DNA of 35,294 nucleotides, taken from the IMG/VR virus record IMGVR_UViG_3300043394_000364, positions 1-35,294 of that record, one strand, 5' to 3'. Both the position numbers and the translations under genes were made by a program. Below the pieces are notes generated by a model, which saw only the letters and a program-made list of their open reading frames with translations, did not search any database and was not told the DNA's origin. Positions 25,428 to 35,002 of this stretch are shown piece after piece. The DNA comes from a virus. Taxonomy: Duplodnaviria; Caudoviricetes. Positions within the stretch are counted from its first letter, which is position 1; each line of letters opens with the position of its first letter.

Positions 25428-25888
25428 TGTCTAAAGAATTCTCCGACGCCTTTGAGGATTCGTTCAATTTGTTGTGTGGTGCCGCACTCGGGCGCGGCAT
25501 GAGCCGTGACGTTTTTGAGTGCGCGCTGTTGCCGGATTGCGTTGTGAAGGTGGAGACAGGCGCGCAACGCTTCCAGAACATCATGGAGTGGGAGACTTGG
25601 CAAATCGTGCGCCACACCAAGGCTGCGAGGTGGTTCGCTGAGTGCCGATGGATTAGCCCGAATGGCCGCGTTTTGATCCAAGAGAGGACGCGGCCACCTG
25701 CGCCAAACGAGTATTTGGACAAAGTTCCGGTGTGGTTCACCGACCTCAAACGCACCAATTGGGGCATGGCGAAGACAAACCGAGATTCAAAGCAATTTTT
25801 CGTGTGCCACGACTACGGCACATGCCTGGCCATCCAAGAAGGCACGACGACCACAAGGATGAAGAAGGCTCAATGGCACGAAGGCTAG
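25427..25888 (+). CDS. Minimal protein-kinase-like protein (153 aa)
   Basis: LGRGMSRDVF, VVKVE, NIMEWE, DLKRTNWG, HDYG in kinase order; TGATG coupling to the fiber gene. Confidence 0.7.
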   Translation: MSKEFSDAFEDSFNLLCGAALGRGMSRDVFECALLPDCVVKVETGAQRFQNIMEWETWQIVRHTKAARWFAECRWISPNGRVLIQERTRPPAPNEYLDKVPVWFTDLKRTNWGMAKTNRDSKQFFVCHDYGTCLAIQEGTTTTRMKKAQWHEG

Positions 25889-25892
25889 CGAT

Positions 25893-25979
25893 TTGACCGG
25901 CGCAAGGTGGCCGGTATAATGTTTTGACTGCGCCAGCGATGGCGTGCAATGCTGTGATTTGGCTGCCAGCGGCCGACAC
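25893..25979 (+). promoter_or_regulatory. Sigma70-like promoter plus conserved leader hairpin upstream of ejection-protein operon
   Basis: TTGACC-16-TATAAT; GCTGTGATTTGGCTGCCAGCGGCC. Confidence 0.65.
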
Positions 25980-26006
25980 GACCCGAGAGGGTAGGCAAGG
26001 CGCGCA

Positions 26007-26453
26007 ATGGAAACGCTGGTGCTGCGGGAGTGGGTCCGAGAGTTGGAGACCACATGGATGGATTGGGACGCCCGCGTCAAGCTGGTGACCGCCAATCTGG
26101 CGCGATTCCCGCAGCTTGAGAACGACGTAACGCACACCTTTGGTGACGGGTTCTATGCCCGCACTTTGCGCGTTCCGGCCGGCGCCATGCTGGTGGGCCG
26201 AAAGCACAAGCACCCGCACACCTTCAGCTTGACCCGGGGCGAAATCGTCATTCGCATGGAATCGGGCTGGGCCGCGCTGAAGGCCCCCGCGCACTTCGTG
26301 GCCGAGCCGGGGGAAAAGGTCATCTTTGCGCTGACAGATGCGCGCATGACAACGATGCACGCCGTCGAATGTGCGGACCTTGAACAAATAGAAACAGCGC
26401 TTGTCGAGCCGCCAAGCGTGGCGCTCGCGCTCGAATCGGAGGTGGTGGCATGA
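26007..26453 (+). CDS. Cupin-like protein
   Basis: HTFGDGFYARTLRVPAGAMLVGRKHKHPH...GEI...PGEK. Confidence 0.7.
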   Translation: METLVLREWVRELETTWMDWDARVKLVTANLARFPQLENDVTHTFGDGFYARTLRVPAGAMLVGRKHKHPHTFSLTRGEIVIRMESGWAALKAPAHFVAEPGEKVIFALTDARMTTMHAVECADLEQIETALVEPPSVALALESEVVA

Positions 26454-27199
26454 CTTGGGTAGCAGTGGCCGTGGCGGCGGCTGGCGTTGTTGGCGGCGCC
26501 TACTCGGCCAAGAAGCAACGAGACGCGGCCCAAGATGCAGCGGCGGCACAGCAAGGGGCGGCACAGCAGGGCATCCAAGCCACGCAGGCGGCCCAGGCTG
26601 AATATGCGCGCCAGTTCGATTCGCTGCGCGCCATCCTCGCGCCCTACGTGCAAACCGGCAATGCCGCCCTGAATCAGCAGGGCGCATTGATCGGCACGGG
26701 CGGCCCGCAAGCCCAGCAACAGGCAATCAACTCGCTGGAGCAGTCGCCCCAGTTCGGCGCGCTGGCCAGGCAGGGTGAAAACGCGATTCTGCAAAACGCC
26801 AGCGCCACGGGCGGGCTGCGCGGGGGCAACACGCAGGCGGCGCTCGCGCAGTTCCGCCCGCAATTGCTGTCGCAAATGATCGACCAGCAGTATTCGCGGC
26901 TGGGGGGCCTCGTCTCGATTGGCCAAAACGCTGCGGCTGGCACTGGCAACGCCGGCATGGCATTGGGGCAGGCTGGCCTGAACACTGGCGCAAACATCAC
27001 CCAGCTCCTGCAACAGCAGGGCGCGGCCAACGCGGGCGGGTTGCTGGCCAATGGCCGGGCAGCGGGTGGCTATGCCAACGCCATCACGCAGGGCATCGGC
27101 ATGTATGCAGGTTTGGGCGGGTTCGGTGCGCAGCCGGCGCAACAGCCGACTCCGGTTGTCGCTGGCGGGCAGGTGTATTACGAACAACCGGGGCCATGA
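26450..27199 (+). CDS. DNA ejection/transfer protein, P22 gp7-like
   Basis: Hydrophobic Gly/Ala N-terminus; LAPYVQTG, NASATGGLRGGN. Confidence 0.85.
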   Translation: MTWVAVAVAAAGVVGGAYSAKKQRDAAQDAAAAQQGAAQQGIQATQAAQAEYARQFDSLRAILAPYVQTGNAALNQQGALIGTGGPQAQQQAINSLEQSPQFGALARQGENAILQNASATGGLRGGNTQAALAQFRPQLLSQMIDQQYSRLGGLVSIGQNAAAGTGNAGMALGQAGLNTGANITQLLQQQGAANAGGLLANGRAAGGYANAITQGIGMYAGLGGFGAQPAQQPTPVVAGGQVYYEQPGP

Positions 27200-28728
27200 T
27201 GGGACCAATCGACTACACCACGCAGGTGCAGCAGCCTTTTGAGGCTGGGATGCAGGGCTTCCAAGCCGGGTTTGGCATCCGCAACGCGCTGGACCAGCGC
27301 CAGATGCAGCAGCAGGCCATGCAGGCAGCGCAAGCCAAGCAAGCGCAGGCGCAGGCGGACCAACAGCGCATGAATGAGGCAATGGCCGAAGCCGTTGACG
27401 ACCCGCGCAAGCTGCCCGCTTTGATGATCCAGTTTCCGCAATTCGCGGACAAGTGGAAGCATGGGGTTGAGGCGCTGACGCAGCAGGAACGGCAGGCGCA
27501 GATCAGCACATTCAGCGACATCAGTAACGCCCTTGCTTCGGGTCGTACTGACATTGCGGTGAGCCTCATCAAGCGCGATGCAGCGGCACGCCGAAACAGC
27601 GGCATGGAAGACCAAGCCAAGGCGGCAGAGGCCATGGCCGCCGTGACCGAGCAAGACCCGCAGGCCGCCCTGTTCACGTACTTGGGCCGGTTGAACGGCA
27701 TCCCTGGCGGCGAAAAGGTGGCCGAAGGCATTTCCAAGCTGTGGGCAGAAAAACGCCTTCAACGGGGCGAGGCGCGCACCGAACAGTTGCACGGGCCAGC
27801 GGTCCAGCAGGCGCAAGAGCAAGCGAGGCTGACCGGCGCGCAGGCGACAACCGCACAGGTGGCGGCGGCAAACGCTCCAACGGCCACGGGCTTGGCCAAT
27901 GCCGCAACGGCGGCCGGTACAGCGGCTGTGGTTGCTGGCACGCGCAACACGGAATCGATGATCGCTGAGCGCGGCGCTCAAATTCAGCTGGCCGTGCGCC
28001 GCTTTGGCCTTGATGCGCAGCGCCTTTGGTTCGACCGGGACAAGTTCACGAGCGAAACGCAGATGCGCATGGCGGAGTTTTCGCAGGCAAGCACGAAGCT
28101 GCCTGACGACGCACGCAAGTTGGTGAATGAAAGCGTTGTGGCCTCCGTGGCGGCAGAGGCATCTGGCGAGCGGATGCTGGCGCTTGCGTCAAAGCTGGAA
28201 GACGCGGGCGGAAGTGAGGGCTTGGCGGGCAAGGGGTGGGAACTTGTGAAACGCTCTTTTGGTGGCGAAGACGGCATCACCGCGCTGCGTAAAGAGTACG
28301 ACGGAATCAAGATGACCGAGGTGATGAAGTTCCTTCCGCCTGGGGCGGCGTCCAACTATGAAATGCAGTTGGCGATGAAGCCGTTCCCAGACTCGACGGC
28401 TGATGCCAAACTTGTCGCCGACTGGCTTCGTGGCCGGGCGAAATTGGCCAATTACGCGGCGGCGCTTGAGTCGGCCAAATCCGAATGGGTGAACGCGAAT
28501 GGAAGCCTTGGCGGCGCACGCAAGGAAATGAGCGTGGGAGGGGTGAAGGTGCCAACGGGCGCCAACTTCGACAGCTTTGCGCGCCAGTTCGTGCATGGCA
28601 AAGCTGACGCCATCCAATCACAGCAGTCAATGCGTTACGTGCGGCAGGCTCCTTACCTTGCGCCGTACCTGCAACAGCCAGCCGGCACATCTGACCCGAC
28701 GCATGGCGCCCCATACGTCGCGCCTTGA
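27196..28728 (+). CDS. DNA ejection/transfer protein, P22 gp20-like
   Basis: PIDYT N-terminus, Q/A-rich helical; LPPGAASN; position. Confidence 0.75.
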   Translation: MMGPIDYTTQVQQPFEAGMQGFQAGFGIRNALDQRQMQQQAMQAAQAKQAQAQADQQRMNEAMAEAVDDPRKLPALMIQFPQFADKWKHGVEALTQQERQAQISTFSDISNALASGRTDIAVSLIKRDAAARRNSGMEDQAKAAEAMAAVTEQDPQAALFTYLGRLNGIPGGEKVAEGISKLWAEKRLQRGEARTEQLHGPAVQQAQEQARLTGAQATTAQVAAANAPTATGLANAATAAGTAAVVAGTRNTESMIAERGAQIQLAVRRFGLDAQRLWFDRDKFTSETQMRMAEFSQASTKLPDDARKLVNESVVASVAAEASGERMLALASKLEDAGGSEGLAGKGWELVKRSFGGEDGITALRKEYDGIKMTEVMKFLPPGAASNYEMQLAMKPFPDSTADAKLVADWLRGRAKLANYAAALESAKSEWVNANGSLGGARKEMSVGGVKVPTGANFDSFARQFVHGKADAIQSQQSMRYVRQAPYLAPYLQQPAGTSDPTHGAPYVAP

Positions 28729-28731
28729 GCC

Positions 28732-31668
28732 ATGGATGCCCCCAAGAGTTTCCGCGATCCGTTTTGGGCTTCGTTGGCCAGTGCCTCCGAAGACCGCTAC
28801 GGATTGCCAGCTGGGCTGCTGAACGCCATCGTCACCCGAGGTGAACGCAGCAACAACGATCAGGTGAGCAGCGCCGGGGCGCGCACGCCATTCCAGATCA
28901 TCCCAGAAACGCGCGATGCCCTGCTGAAGCAATACGGCGTGGATGCCTACAACAGCCCGCAGAACGCAGCGGATGCGGCTGCCATCTTGCTGCGCGACAG
29001 CCTCAAACGCAACAAAGGAAGCGTGCCCGATGCGGTGGCCGAATACCACGGCGGGACCAATCGGCGCAACTGGGGGCCGATCACTCGATCCTACGTGCAG
29101 CGCGTCACTGGCCAGGCCATGACAGATGCGGCAGCAGGGCCGGCGCCCTATGACAGCACCTATGCCAGGCTGAAGGCGCGGCAGGAAGCCGAAACGGACA
29201 AGACGAATGGCGCGCTCACAAGGGCGTTTGAAGCGTACCAATCCGGGCAGATGGCGCCCGAACATGCGGCGGCGCTTGAAGCGGACATCAAAGCCAAGCG
29301 GGTGATGGCACCAGAAGGGTTTGCGCTTCGCAGCGCGCCAGACCGGCAAGCGCTGCAAACGGCCGGGGCGGCTGTGGTGCTGCCCGAGGCTGCGGCCAAA
29401 GCCTACGCCAGCGGCGAAATGCCGCGCGAGCATCGCATTGCGTTGGAGCGGGACGCGGCGGCCGGGCTAGTGAAGATGCCCGAAGGCTTCGCGCTGCAAA
29501 AGACCGAGGCCCTTGGGGTGTTCGGCGGCATCAAAGAGGCCATCACCGGCAGCGACAGGGCGACCGAGGAAACCCGCAGCCTGCCAGATTGGGCGGGCAT
29601 GCCTGAGCTGAATTCGGCGAGCTGGGCCAGTTTCAAAACGGCGCTTGGAACGCTGATGGCTGGGCCGGATGAGGTGGCCAAGATCATTCAGGCGAACGCG
29701 CCTGGTGTTGGTGTGCGCAAGGATGCCAAGGGCAATTACATCTTCAAATCAGCCCAGGACGGGCAGGAATACGCCTACAAGCCCGGCCTGAAGGTCAGCG
29801 ACATCCCGCGCGTGGCGGCGGGGGCGCTCAGTCTGACCCCGGCCGGCGCAGCTCGTGGCGTGGCCGGCACTGCTGCGGCGGCTGCTGGCACTCAGGCGAT
29901 CATTGAAGGCACGCAGGCCGCCACGGGTGGCGAGTTCAACCCTGGCGATGTGGCCCTTGCCGGCGTTGCTGGCGCGGCGTTTCCGCTGGCCGTCAAGGGT
30001 GTGCAGGCGGTGCGCGGCGCAGTCGGTGGCGCCAAGCCGCAGGCAGCGGCCGGGCTGGATGCCCCGCTGCCGCAGCCACCAGCCGGTCCAGCCGGGACGG
30101 CCGCAGCGCAGCAAGTTCCGGCAGCGCCATCCATGACGATGGAACAGGCCCAGGAGGCGACCCGCACGGCTGCTCTTGGCGGGTTCGGCAGCAAACGCGC
30201 AACGGAAGACCTGGCCGGCATGGTGAAGCCAGATCGTGAGGTGGTTGAGTCTGCGGAACGCTTGGGCGTGCTGGGAGACCTGCACGTTGACCACATCACC
30301 AGCGACGGCGTGGTTCGCCAGCTTGCGCAATTTCTGAAGTCTCAGACCGGCAGCGAGGCCATGCAGGCGCAGCGCGAGGGTTTAGGCCGCGTGGCTGACA
30401 GGGCCGCCAAGATCATCGACGACGCTGGCGGCACCGCTGACCTATCTGCGCTGAATGATCGCGTCCTTGGGGCCATGAAGGCCGCGCGTGAGGGTTTCCG
30501 CGTTGAAGCTAACAAGCTCTATGACCAAGTGGATGCGGCAATCCCAAAGCCCACCCAGGTAAACGCTGACAGCACTCTTGCGGCGCTCCGAAAAATGGTG
30601 GCCGACGAAGGGTCCGAGACGCGGTTGTCAGGCGCGGCGCGAAAGCTCTTGCATGAGGCAGAGAGAAGCGATGCGCCGCTCACCTATGGTTTCATTGACC
30701 GTGCCCGGAAGAGCATCCAAGAGGCAGAGCAAGCAGCCAAAAAAGGCGAATTCCCGACCTACAGCAGCGGTGAGCTGACCGTGCTGCGCCGTGCCCTGCG
30801 TGAAGACCAAGCCGCAGCGGCCAAGAGCGCGGGCGTGGGCGACGTGTGGGAGTCGGCGCAGGCGGCATCAATGGCCAAGGCCAAGGTGCAGGAGTCGATG
30901 CAGGAGCTATTCGGCAAGAACCTGGACAAAGCTTTTACCAACTGGCTTGGCACGGCCACCAAGGCCATCACCAAGGGCGACACCACCCAGATCGGGCGCC
31001 TGATGTCCAACCTACCGGCCGACATGCGGCAGGAGGTGATGGCGTCCTCCCTGTCGAAATTCTTCGACCGCACGACGCGCGGCGGGGAGATGGATTTCGG
31101 CGGGTATGCCAGGTGGTGGCAGGCGGCGGGCGACAAGACGCCCATCCTGGCCAACCTCCCGCCCGAGACGGCCAAGCAACTGGCGGACATGGCCAAGGTG
31201 GCGAGCAACATCGCCAAGGCGAAAGCGGAGTACATCGCCACCGGCAAGGCCATCAACCCCAAGGCGTTTGCAGCTGCCGACACGCTCATGGGCAAGATTT
31301 TTGATGCCGTCAAGGCGCGCGGCATCACGGGCGTGGTGGCTGAGGTGGCCGGGTCCACATCCGGCGCCCCTGGGCTTGCGTCCGCCCTCATGGCTGCCAC
31401 TTCCCGCAACAAGGACAGCGTGCTCAAGTCGGCCGAAAAACTGATTGTGTCGCCCGAGTTCACGCAGATGGCGCTCGCAGCCGGCACGCCCAAGCAAAAC
31501 CGCGCTGCGCGGGCATTCGCGGCAAGCCGGGCATTCAGCCGCTTTGCCGAGCAGATGCGGATGCCGCGCCAGATCGGCCAGCGCGAGGCCTGGGTAACTC
31601 AGGCCCTGGCCCGAGGCATTGCCAACACAGAAACCAGCCAGCCAGAGCCGAAAGAGGCCCAGAAATGA
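28732..31668 (+). CDS. DNA ejection protein (gp16 position) with N-terminal lytic transglycosylase domain
   Basis: YGLPAGLLNAIVTRGERS...SSAGARTPFQIIPET...AEYHGG. Confidence 0.8.
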   Translation: MDAPKSFRDPFWASLASASEDRYGLPAGLLNAIVTRGERSNNDQVSSAGARTPFQIIPETRDALLKQYGVDAYNSPQNAADAAAILLRDSLKRNKGSVPDAVAEYHGGTNRRNWGPITRSYVQRVTGQAMTDAAAGPAPYDSTYARLKARQEAETDKTNGALTRAFEAYQSGQMAPEHAAALEADIKAKRVMAPEGFALRSAPDRQALQTAGAAVVLPEAAAKAYASGEMPREHRIALERDAAAGLVKMPEGFALQKTEALGVFGGIKEAITGSDRATEETRSLPDWAGMPELNSASWASFKTALGTLMAGPDEVAKIIQANAPGVGVRKDAKGNYIFKSAQDGQEYAYKPGLKVSDIPRVAAGALSLTPAGAARGVAGTAAAAAGTQAIIEGTQAATGGEFNPGDVALAGVAGAAFPLAVKGVQAVRGAVGGAKPQAAAGLDAPLPQPPAGPAGTAAAQQVPAAPSMTMEQAQEATRTAALGGFGSKRATEDLAGMVKPDREVVESAERLGVLGDLHVDHITSDGVVRQLAQFLKSQTGSEAMQAQREGLGRVADRAAKIIDDAGGTADLSALNDRVLGAMKAAREGFRVEANKLYDQVDAAIPKPTQVNADSTLAALRKMVADEGSETRLSGAARKLLHEAERSDAPLTYGFIDRARKSIQEAEQAAKKGEFPTYSSGELTVLRRALREDQAAAAKSAGVGDVWESAQAASMAKAKVQESMQELFGKNLDKAFTNWLGTATKAITKGDTTQIGRLMSNLPADMRQEVMASSLSKFFDRTTRGGEMDFGGYARWWQAAGDKTPILANLPPETAKQLADMAKVASNIAKAKAEYIATGKAINPKAFAAADTLMGKIFDAVKARGITGVVAEVAGSTSGAPGLASALMAATSRNKDSVLKSAEKLIVSPEFTQMALAAGTPKQNRAARAFAASRAFSRFAEQMRMPRQIGQREAWVTQALARGIANTETSQPEPKEAQK

Positions 31669-34196
31669 GCGTTGCAATCGTTGCCCCGTTACCATTCTTT
31701 GTCGGCCGCAGTGGGCCGCTCAGTGGGGGCCAGATCACATTCGGCCAGGCCGGGCAAGACCCAGACACGCACCCGGTGCAGGTCTATTGGGATGCCGCCT
31801 TGCTGGTCCCGGCATCGCAGCCGCTGCGCACGATCAATGGGGTGATTTCACGCAGCGGTGCGCCGGCAGCGGTGTACGCGGATGGGGACTACTCCATGCG
31901 CGTGCGGGACCAAAACGGCGCCCAAGTGCTATACACGCCAAGCGCGGCAGAGTTCACACTTGCGGCGCAGTTCAGCGGCAGCAATTCCACGGACCACGGC
32001 GCGGGCTTGCTGGACTATTCGGAGACGATCCCATACCGCTCAGGCTCGGTTGGTTCCAAGTTGCGCGAGTTGACACTAGCCGGTGGCGGCGGTTCTGGCA
32101 CCACGGCCAAGAGCTACTACACAGCCACCATTTACCGGCAAGAGGCCACGGAGCCGATAACGCCCACAGGGGGATCGTTCGACTTCGGCTCAAGCTCGCT
32201 CACGCCCCCGCTGGGCTGGACGGTTTCGCAGCCGGCCACCACGGCCACCCCGACATGGGCAGCGGTGTACGTTTACCAGTCGGACAGCGCATCCGCAACC
32301 GTGACGGCTGGCACTTGGGCGCGGCCTGTCATTGATGCGGTGCAGGGCGCAGCCGGCAATGGCGGCATCTCGCGCTGGCGGGTTGAGGTGTACGTCCAAA
32401 GCCCCACCGCGCCGGCCGCCCCGGTTGGCGGCAGCTACACCTTCACCAGCGACACCTTCGTGGCGCCGTCTGGTGGCTGGTCGCGCTCACAGCCGACATC
32501 TGGCAGCGTGCCCACCTGGATGGCCTGGGCTGACCTGGCCACCACCACCCCGGGCACGGTCATCAACATCGGCACCTGGTCTGCGCCAGTGGCCGTGGCC
32601 CAAAACGGGGCGGCCGGCACCAATTACCACACGGTCACCATCTACCGGCAGCAGGCCACGGCGCCCACGGCCCCCAGCGGCGGCAGCTACACATTCGCCA
32701 CCGGCTCGGTTGTCCCGCCTGCGGGCTGGACGGCCAGCAAGCCAAGCGCATCAGCCACGTTGCCCACGTTCGCCAGCCAATTCACTTTTGGCAGCAACAC
32801 GCCGACCGAGCCGGTCGTCGCCAGCGCGTGGTCCACCCCGTTTGTTGACTCGCAGCCTGGTTCTGCCGGTGTGTCCACCTACGTGGGCACGGTCTACCTC
32901 CAGCAAGTGGCCGCGCCAAGTGCGCCCACTGGTGGCAGCTACAACTTCGCCACCGGCCTATTGACGCCACCGGCCGGCTGGGTTGTGTCGCAGCCGAACA
33001 CTTCCAGCACCGCCACGTGGGCCTGTGAATTCAAGTTCTCCACGCAAACGCCAAACCTTGAAGTGTCTGGCGGCACATGGTCTGCGCCCTACATCGATTC
33101 CATCGCGGGCGGCAGCGGTGAGTCATCCAACACCATCGAAGTGTTTTTGCAGTCTGTGGCGCAGCCGGCCACGCCAGCGGGCGGCGAATACAACTTCAGC
33201 ACCGACGCATTCACGCCACCAGCGGGCGGCTGGACGCGCAACCAGCCAAGCGCAACCACAACGCCAACATGGCGGGCGGCCTTTCGCTTCGCCACCAGCA
33301 CGCCAGCGACCCCAGTAACAGCCGGCACCTACACCGCACCCATCGTGGTGGCTCAGGTGGGTGCACCTGGCACGAATGGGACAAACGGCACCAATGGAAT
33401 CAACGGCACCAATGGGACCAACGGGACCAATGGCCAGCGTGGCAGCGTGCAAGCAAGCCGAGCTGTCACCACAGCGGCATGGAGCGATGCAGAAGCCGCA
33501 GCGGCGATCAGCTCGGCCGGCTACGGGTCGCCCGTGATCCTCGATCAGGTCACGCTTTTCAACGGCGCTGCCAGCTTTGCCGAAACCCGGTTTTGGACTG
33601 GCTCGGCTTGGCTTGTCTACCAAACCAAAATCAACGGCAATTTGCTTGTGGATGGGACCATCGCAGGCACGGCCGTGATCGCCCGCACTATCAAGGCCGT
33701 CAATATCGAAGTCGGCACGGCCATGAAGTCGCTGGGGGTGTTTGCTGAACGCAATTCAGTCTTCACCAACTACACGATGGGGAACCAGGCAACAGCCGGG
33801 GCGGTGCTCATCACCATGACGGAGACGGCCCGAGTGTTCATGGAATGCGCGGTCGAATTCCGATGGGAAGGTCCGCTTGCTGCGTTGCCGACATACACAA
33901 ACGTAAAACAATTCCGGCTGGTTGTAACGCCGCTTGTGAACGGGCTGACGACATTGCCAGCAATCGGTGATTTTGAGGCTTCGGCCATGTTTTCGACAGA
34001 CGAGATTTTCGCGTCCACATTCCCGCTGCGGAAAACCGTTCGTTTCACGGCAATCTGTGCGCTAGCTCCTGGATCGCATTTTGTCGATTTGCGGTTCACG
34101 CTGTCAGGCTATGACGCATCTTTCAACGCTTTGAATCTGGTGCTGCCAAACTTTGAAACCATCGGGCGCGGTATCGCCTACACAAACAAGGTGTGA
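31665..34196 (+). CDS. Tail fiber/spike with P22-type head-binding N-terminus, five internal repeats and collagen-like stretch
   Basis: PLSGGQITFG...DP...VYWD...QPLRTING; five repeats of about 84 aa; (GTN)n; INGNLLVDGTI. Confidence 0.82.
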   Translation: MSVAIVAPLPFFVGRSGPLSGGQITFGQAGQDPDTHPVQVYWDAALLVPASQPLRTINGVISRSGAPAAVYADGDYSMRVRDQNGAQVLYTPSAAEFTLAAQFSGSNSTDHGAGLLDYSETIPYRSGSVGSKLRELTLAGGGGSGTTAKSYYTATIYRQEATEPITPTGGSFDFGSSSLTPPLGWTVSQPATTATPTWAAVYVYQSDSASATVTAGTWARPVIDAVQGAAGNGGISRWRVEVYVQSPTAPAAPVGGSYTFTSDTFVAPSGGWSRSQPTSGSVPTWMAWADLATTTPGTVINIGTWSAPVAVAQNGAAGTNYHTVTIYRQQATAPTAPSGGSYTFATGSVVPPAGWTASKPSASATLPTFASQFTFGSNTPTEPVVASAWSTPFVDSQPGSAGVSTYVGTVYLQQVAAPSAPTGGSYNFATGLLTPPAGWVVSQPNTSSTATWACEFKFSTQTPNLEVSGGTWSAPYIDSIAGGSGESSNTIEVFLQSVAQPATPAGGEYNFSTDAFTPPAGGWTRNQPSATTTPTWRAAFRFATSTPATPVTAGTYTAPIVVAQVGAPGTNGTNGTNGINGTNGTNGTNGQRGSVQASRAVTTAAWSDAEAAAAISSAGYGSPVILDQVTLFNGAASFAETRFWTGSAWLVYQTKINGNLLVDGTIAGTAVIARTIKAVNIEVGTAMKSLGVFAERNSVFTNYTMGNQATAGAVLITMTETARVFMECAVEFRWEGPLAALPTYTNVKQFRLVVTPLVNGLTTLPAIGDFEASAMFSTDEIFASTFPLRKTVRFTAICALAPGSHFVDLRFTLSGYDASFNALNLVLPNFETIGRGIAYTNKV
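33369..33431 (+). repeat. 9-bp tandem repeat encoding (Gly-Thr/Ile-Asn)x7
   Basis: GGCACGAAT GGGACAAAC GGCACCAAT GGAATCAAC... Confidence 0.85.
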
Positions 34197-34198
34197 AT

Positions 34199-34390
34199 AT
34201 GTCAGTCGAAATCGAACTACTCGCCAGCCACGAAGCCAAGTTGCAGCTTGTCAGGCTGCGCGCCGAATCGGCAACAGAGATATTCACCGACCGCATCTCA
34301 AGTTCAACATCTGCGGCCATGCGTCAATTGATCTTGCAAGAGAGCATCGCGGATGCTCGCCAGATCGTCGCTGCGTCAATCCCCCCGTGA
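34199..34390 (+). CDS. Small hypothetical protein
   Basis: About 63 aa after the fiber gene. Confidence 0.5.
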   Translation: MSVEIELLASHEAKLQLVRLRAESATEIFTDRISSSTSAAMRQLILQESIADARQIVAASIPP

Positions 34391-34398
34391 GGTTTGTC

Positions 34399-34656
34399 AT
34401 GGATCAGTTGTTTCAGCGCATCGCCGACGCGCTGCTTGAGCATGCAGGCAAGGTCAACGCGCTTGGGTCGGCCAGCTTCTTCGGGGGCTGGTTTGGAAAA
34501 GTCGATTGGGCGATGGTCATCGGCTTGGTCGTGGCTGTGATAGGTGCGCTGTGCCACGTTTCGCGGCGCATGGATGAGCGGGCAGCGCACAAGATGGACA
34601 TGCGCAGGCGGCAGATAGAGCTTGACCAATTGGAGAGCAAGCATGGCAAAAGATGA
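34399..34656 (+). CDS. Putative holin
   Basis: Hydrophobic segment DWAMVIGLVVAVIGALC, charged C-terminus, precedes endolysin. Confidence 0.7.
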   Translation: MDQLFQRIADALLEHAGKVNALGSASFFGGWFGKVDWAMVIGLVVAVIGALCHVSRRMDERAAHKMDMRRRQIELDQLESKHGKR

Positions 34657-35002
34657 AACCCTTGGGCAGCTTCAAGAGACGTTCGCGGTGTTGGCGGCAA
34701 AGCTGGTTCTGCACGCCAATTCGCTGGGCTACAAAACCCGCTTGGGCGATGTGTTCCGTGACCCGCGCAGCCACGGGGCGCAGGGGGTCCGAAAGGCCTA
34801 TGGTGAGGCCAGCAGCGCCCACAAAAACAAGTTGGCAATCGACATCAACCTGTTCCAAAACGGCGAGTTTCTGACCCGCACGGAAGACCACCAGCAGCTT
34901 GGTGAATGGTGGGAAAAGCAGCACCCGCTTTGCCGCTGGGGCGGGCGGTTCCGGGCCAAAGATGGAAACCACTATTCAATGGAATGGCAAGGGGTTTCAT
35001 GA
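34643..35002 (+). CDS. Endolysin, M15 family peptidase
   Basis: FRDP...SAHKNKLAIDINLF...WGGRF...DGNHYS. Confidence 0.9.
   Translation: MAKDETLGQLQETFAVLAAKLVLHANSLGYKTRLGDVFRDPRSHGAQGVRKAYGEASSAHKNKLAIDINLFQNGEFLTRTEDHQQLGEWWEKQHPLCRWGGRFRAKDGNHYSMEWQGVS

Noticed and set aside
23148-25888. Diversity-generating retroelement suggested by the Mtd-like N-terminus
   Set aside because: No reverse transcriptase and no TR/VR repeat pair seen in the window.
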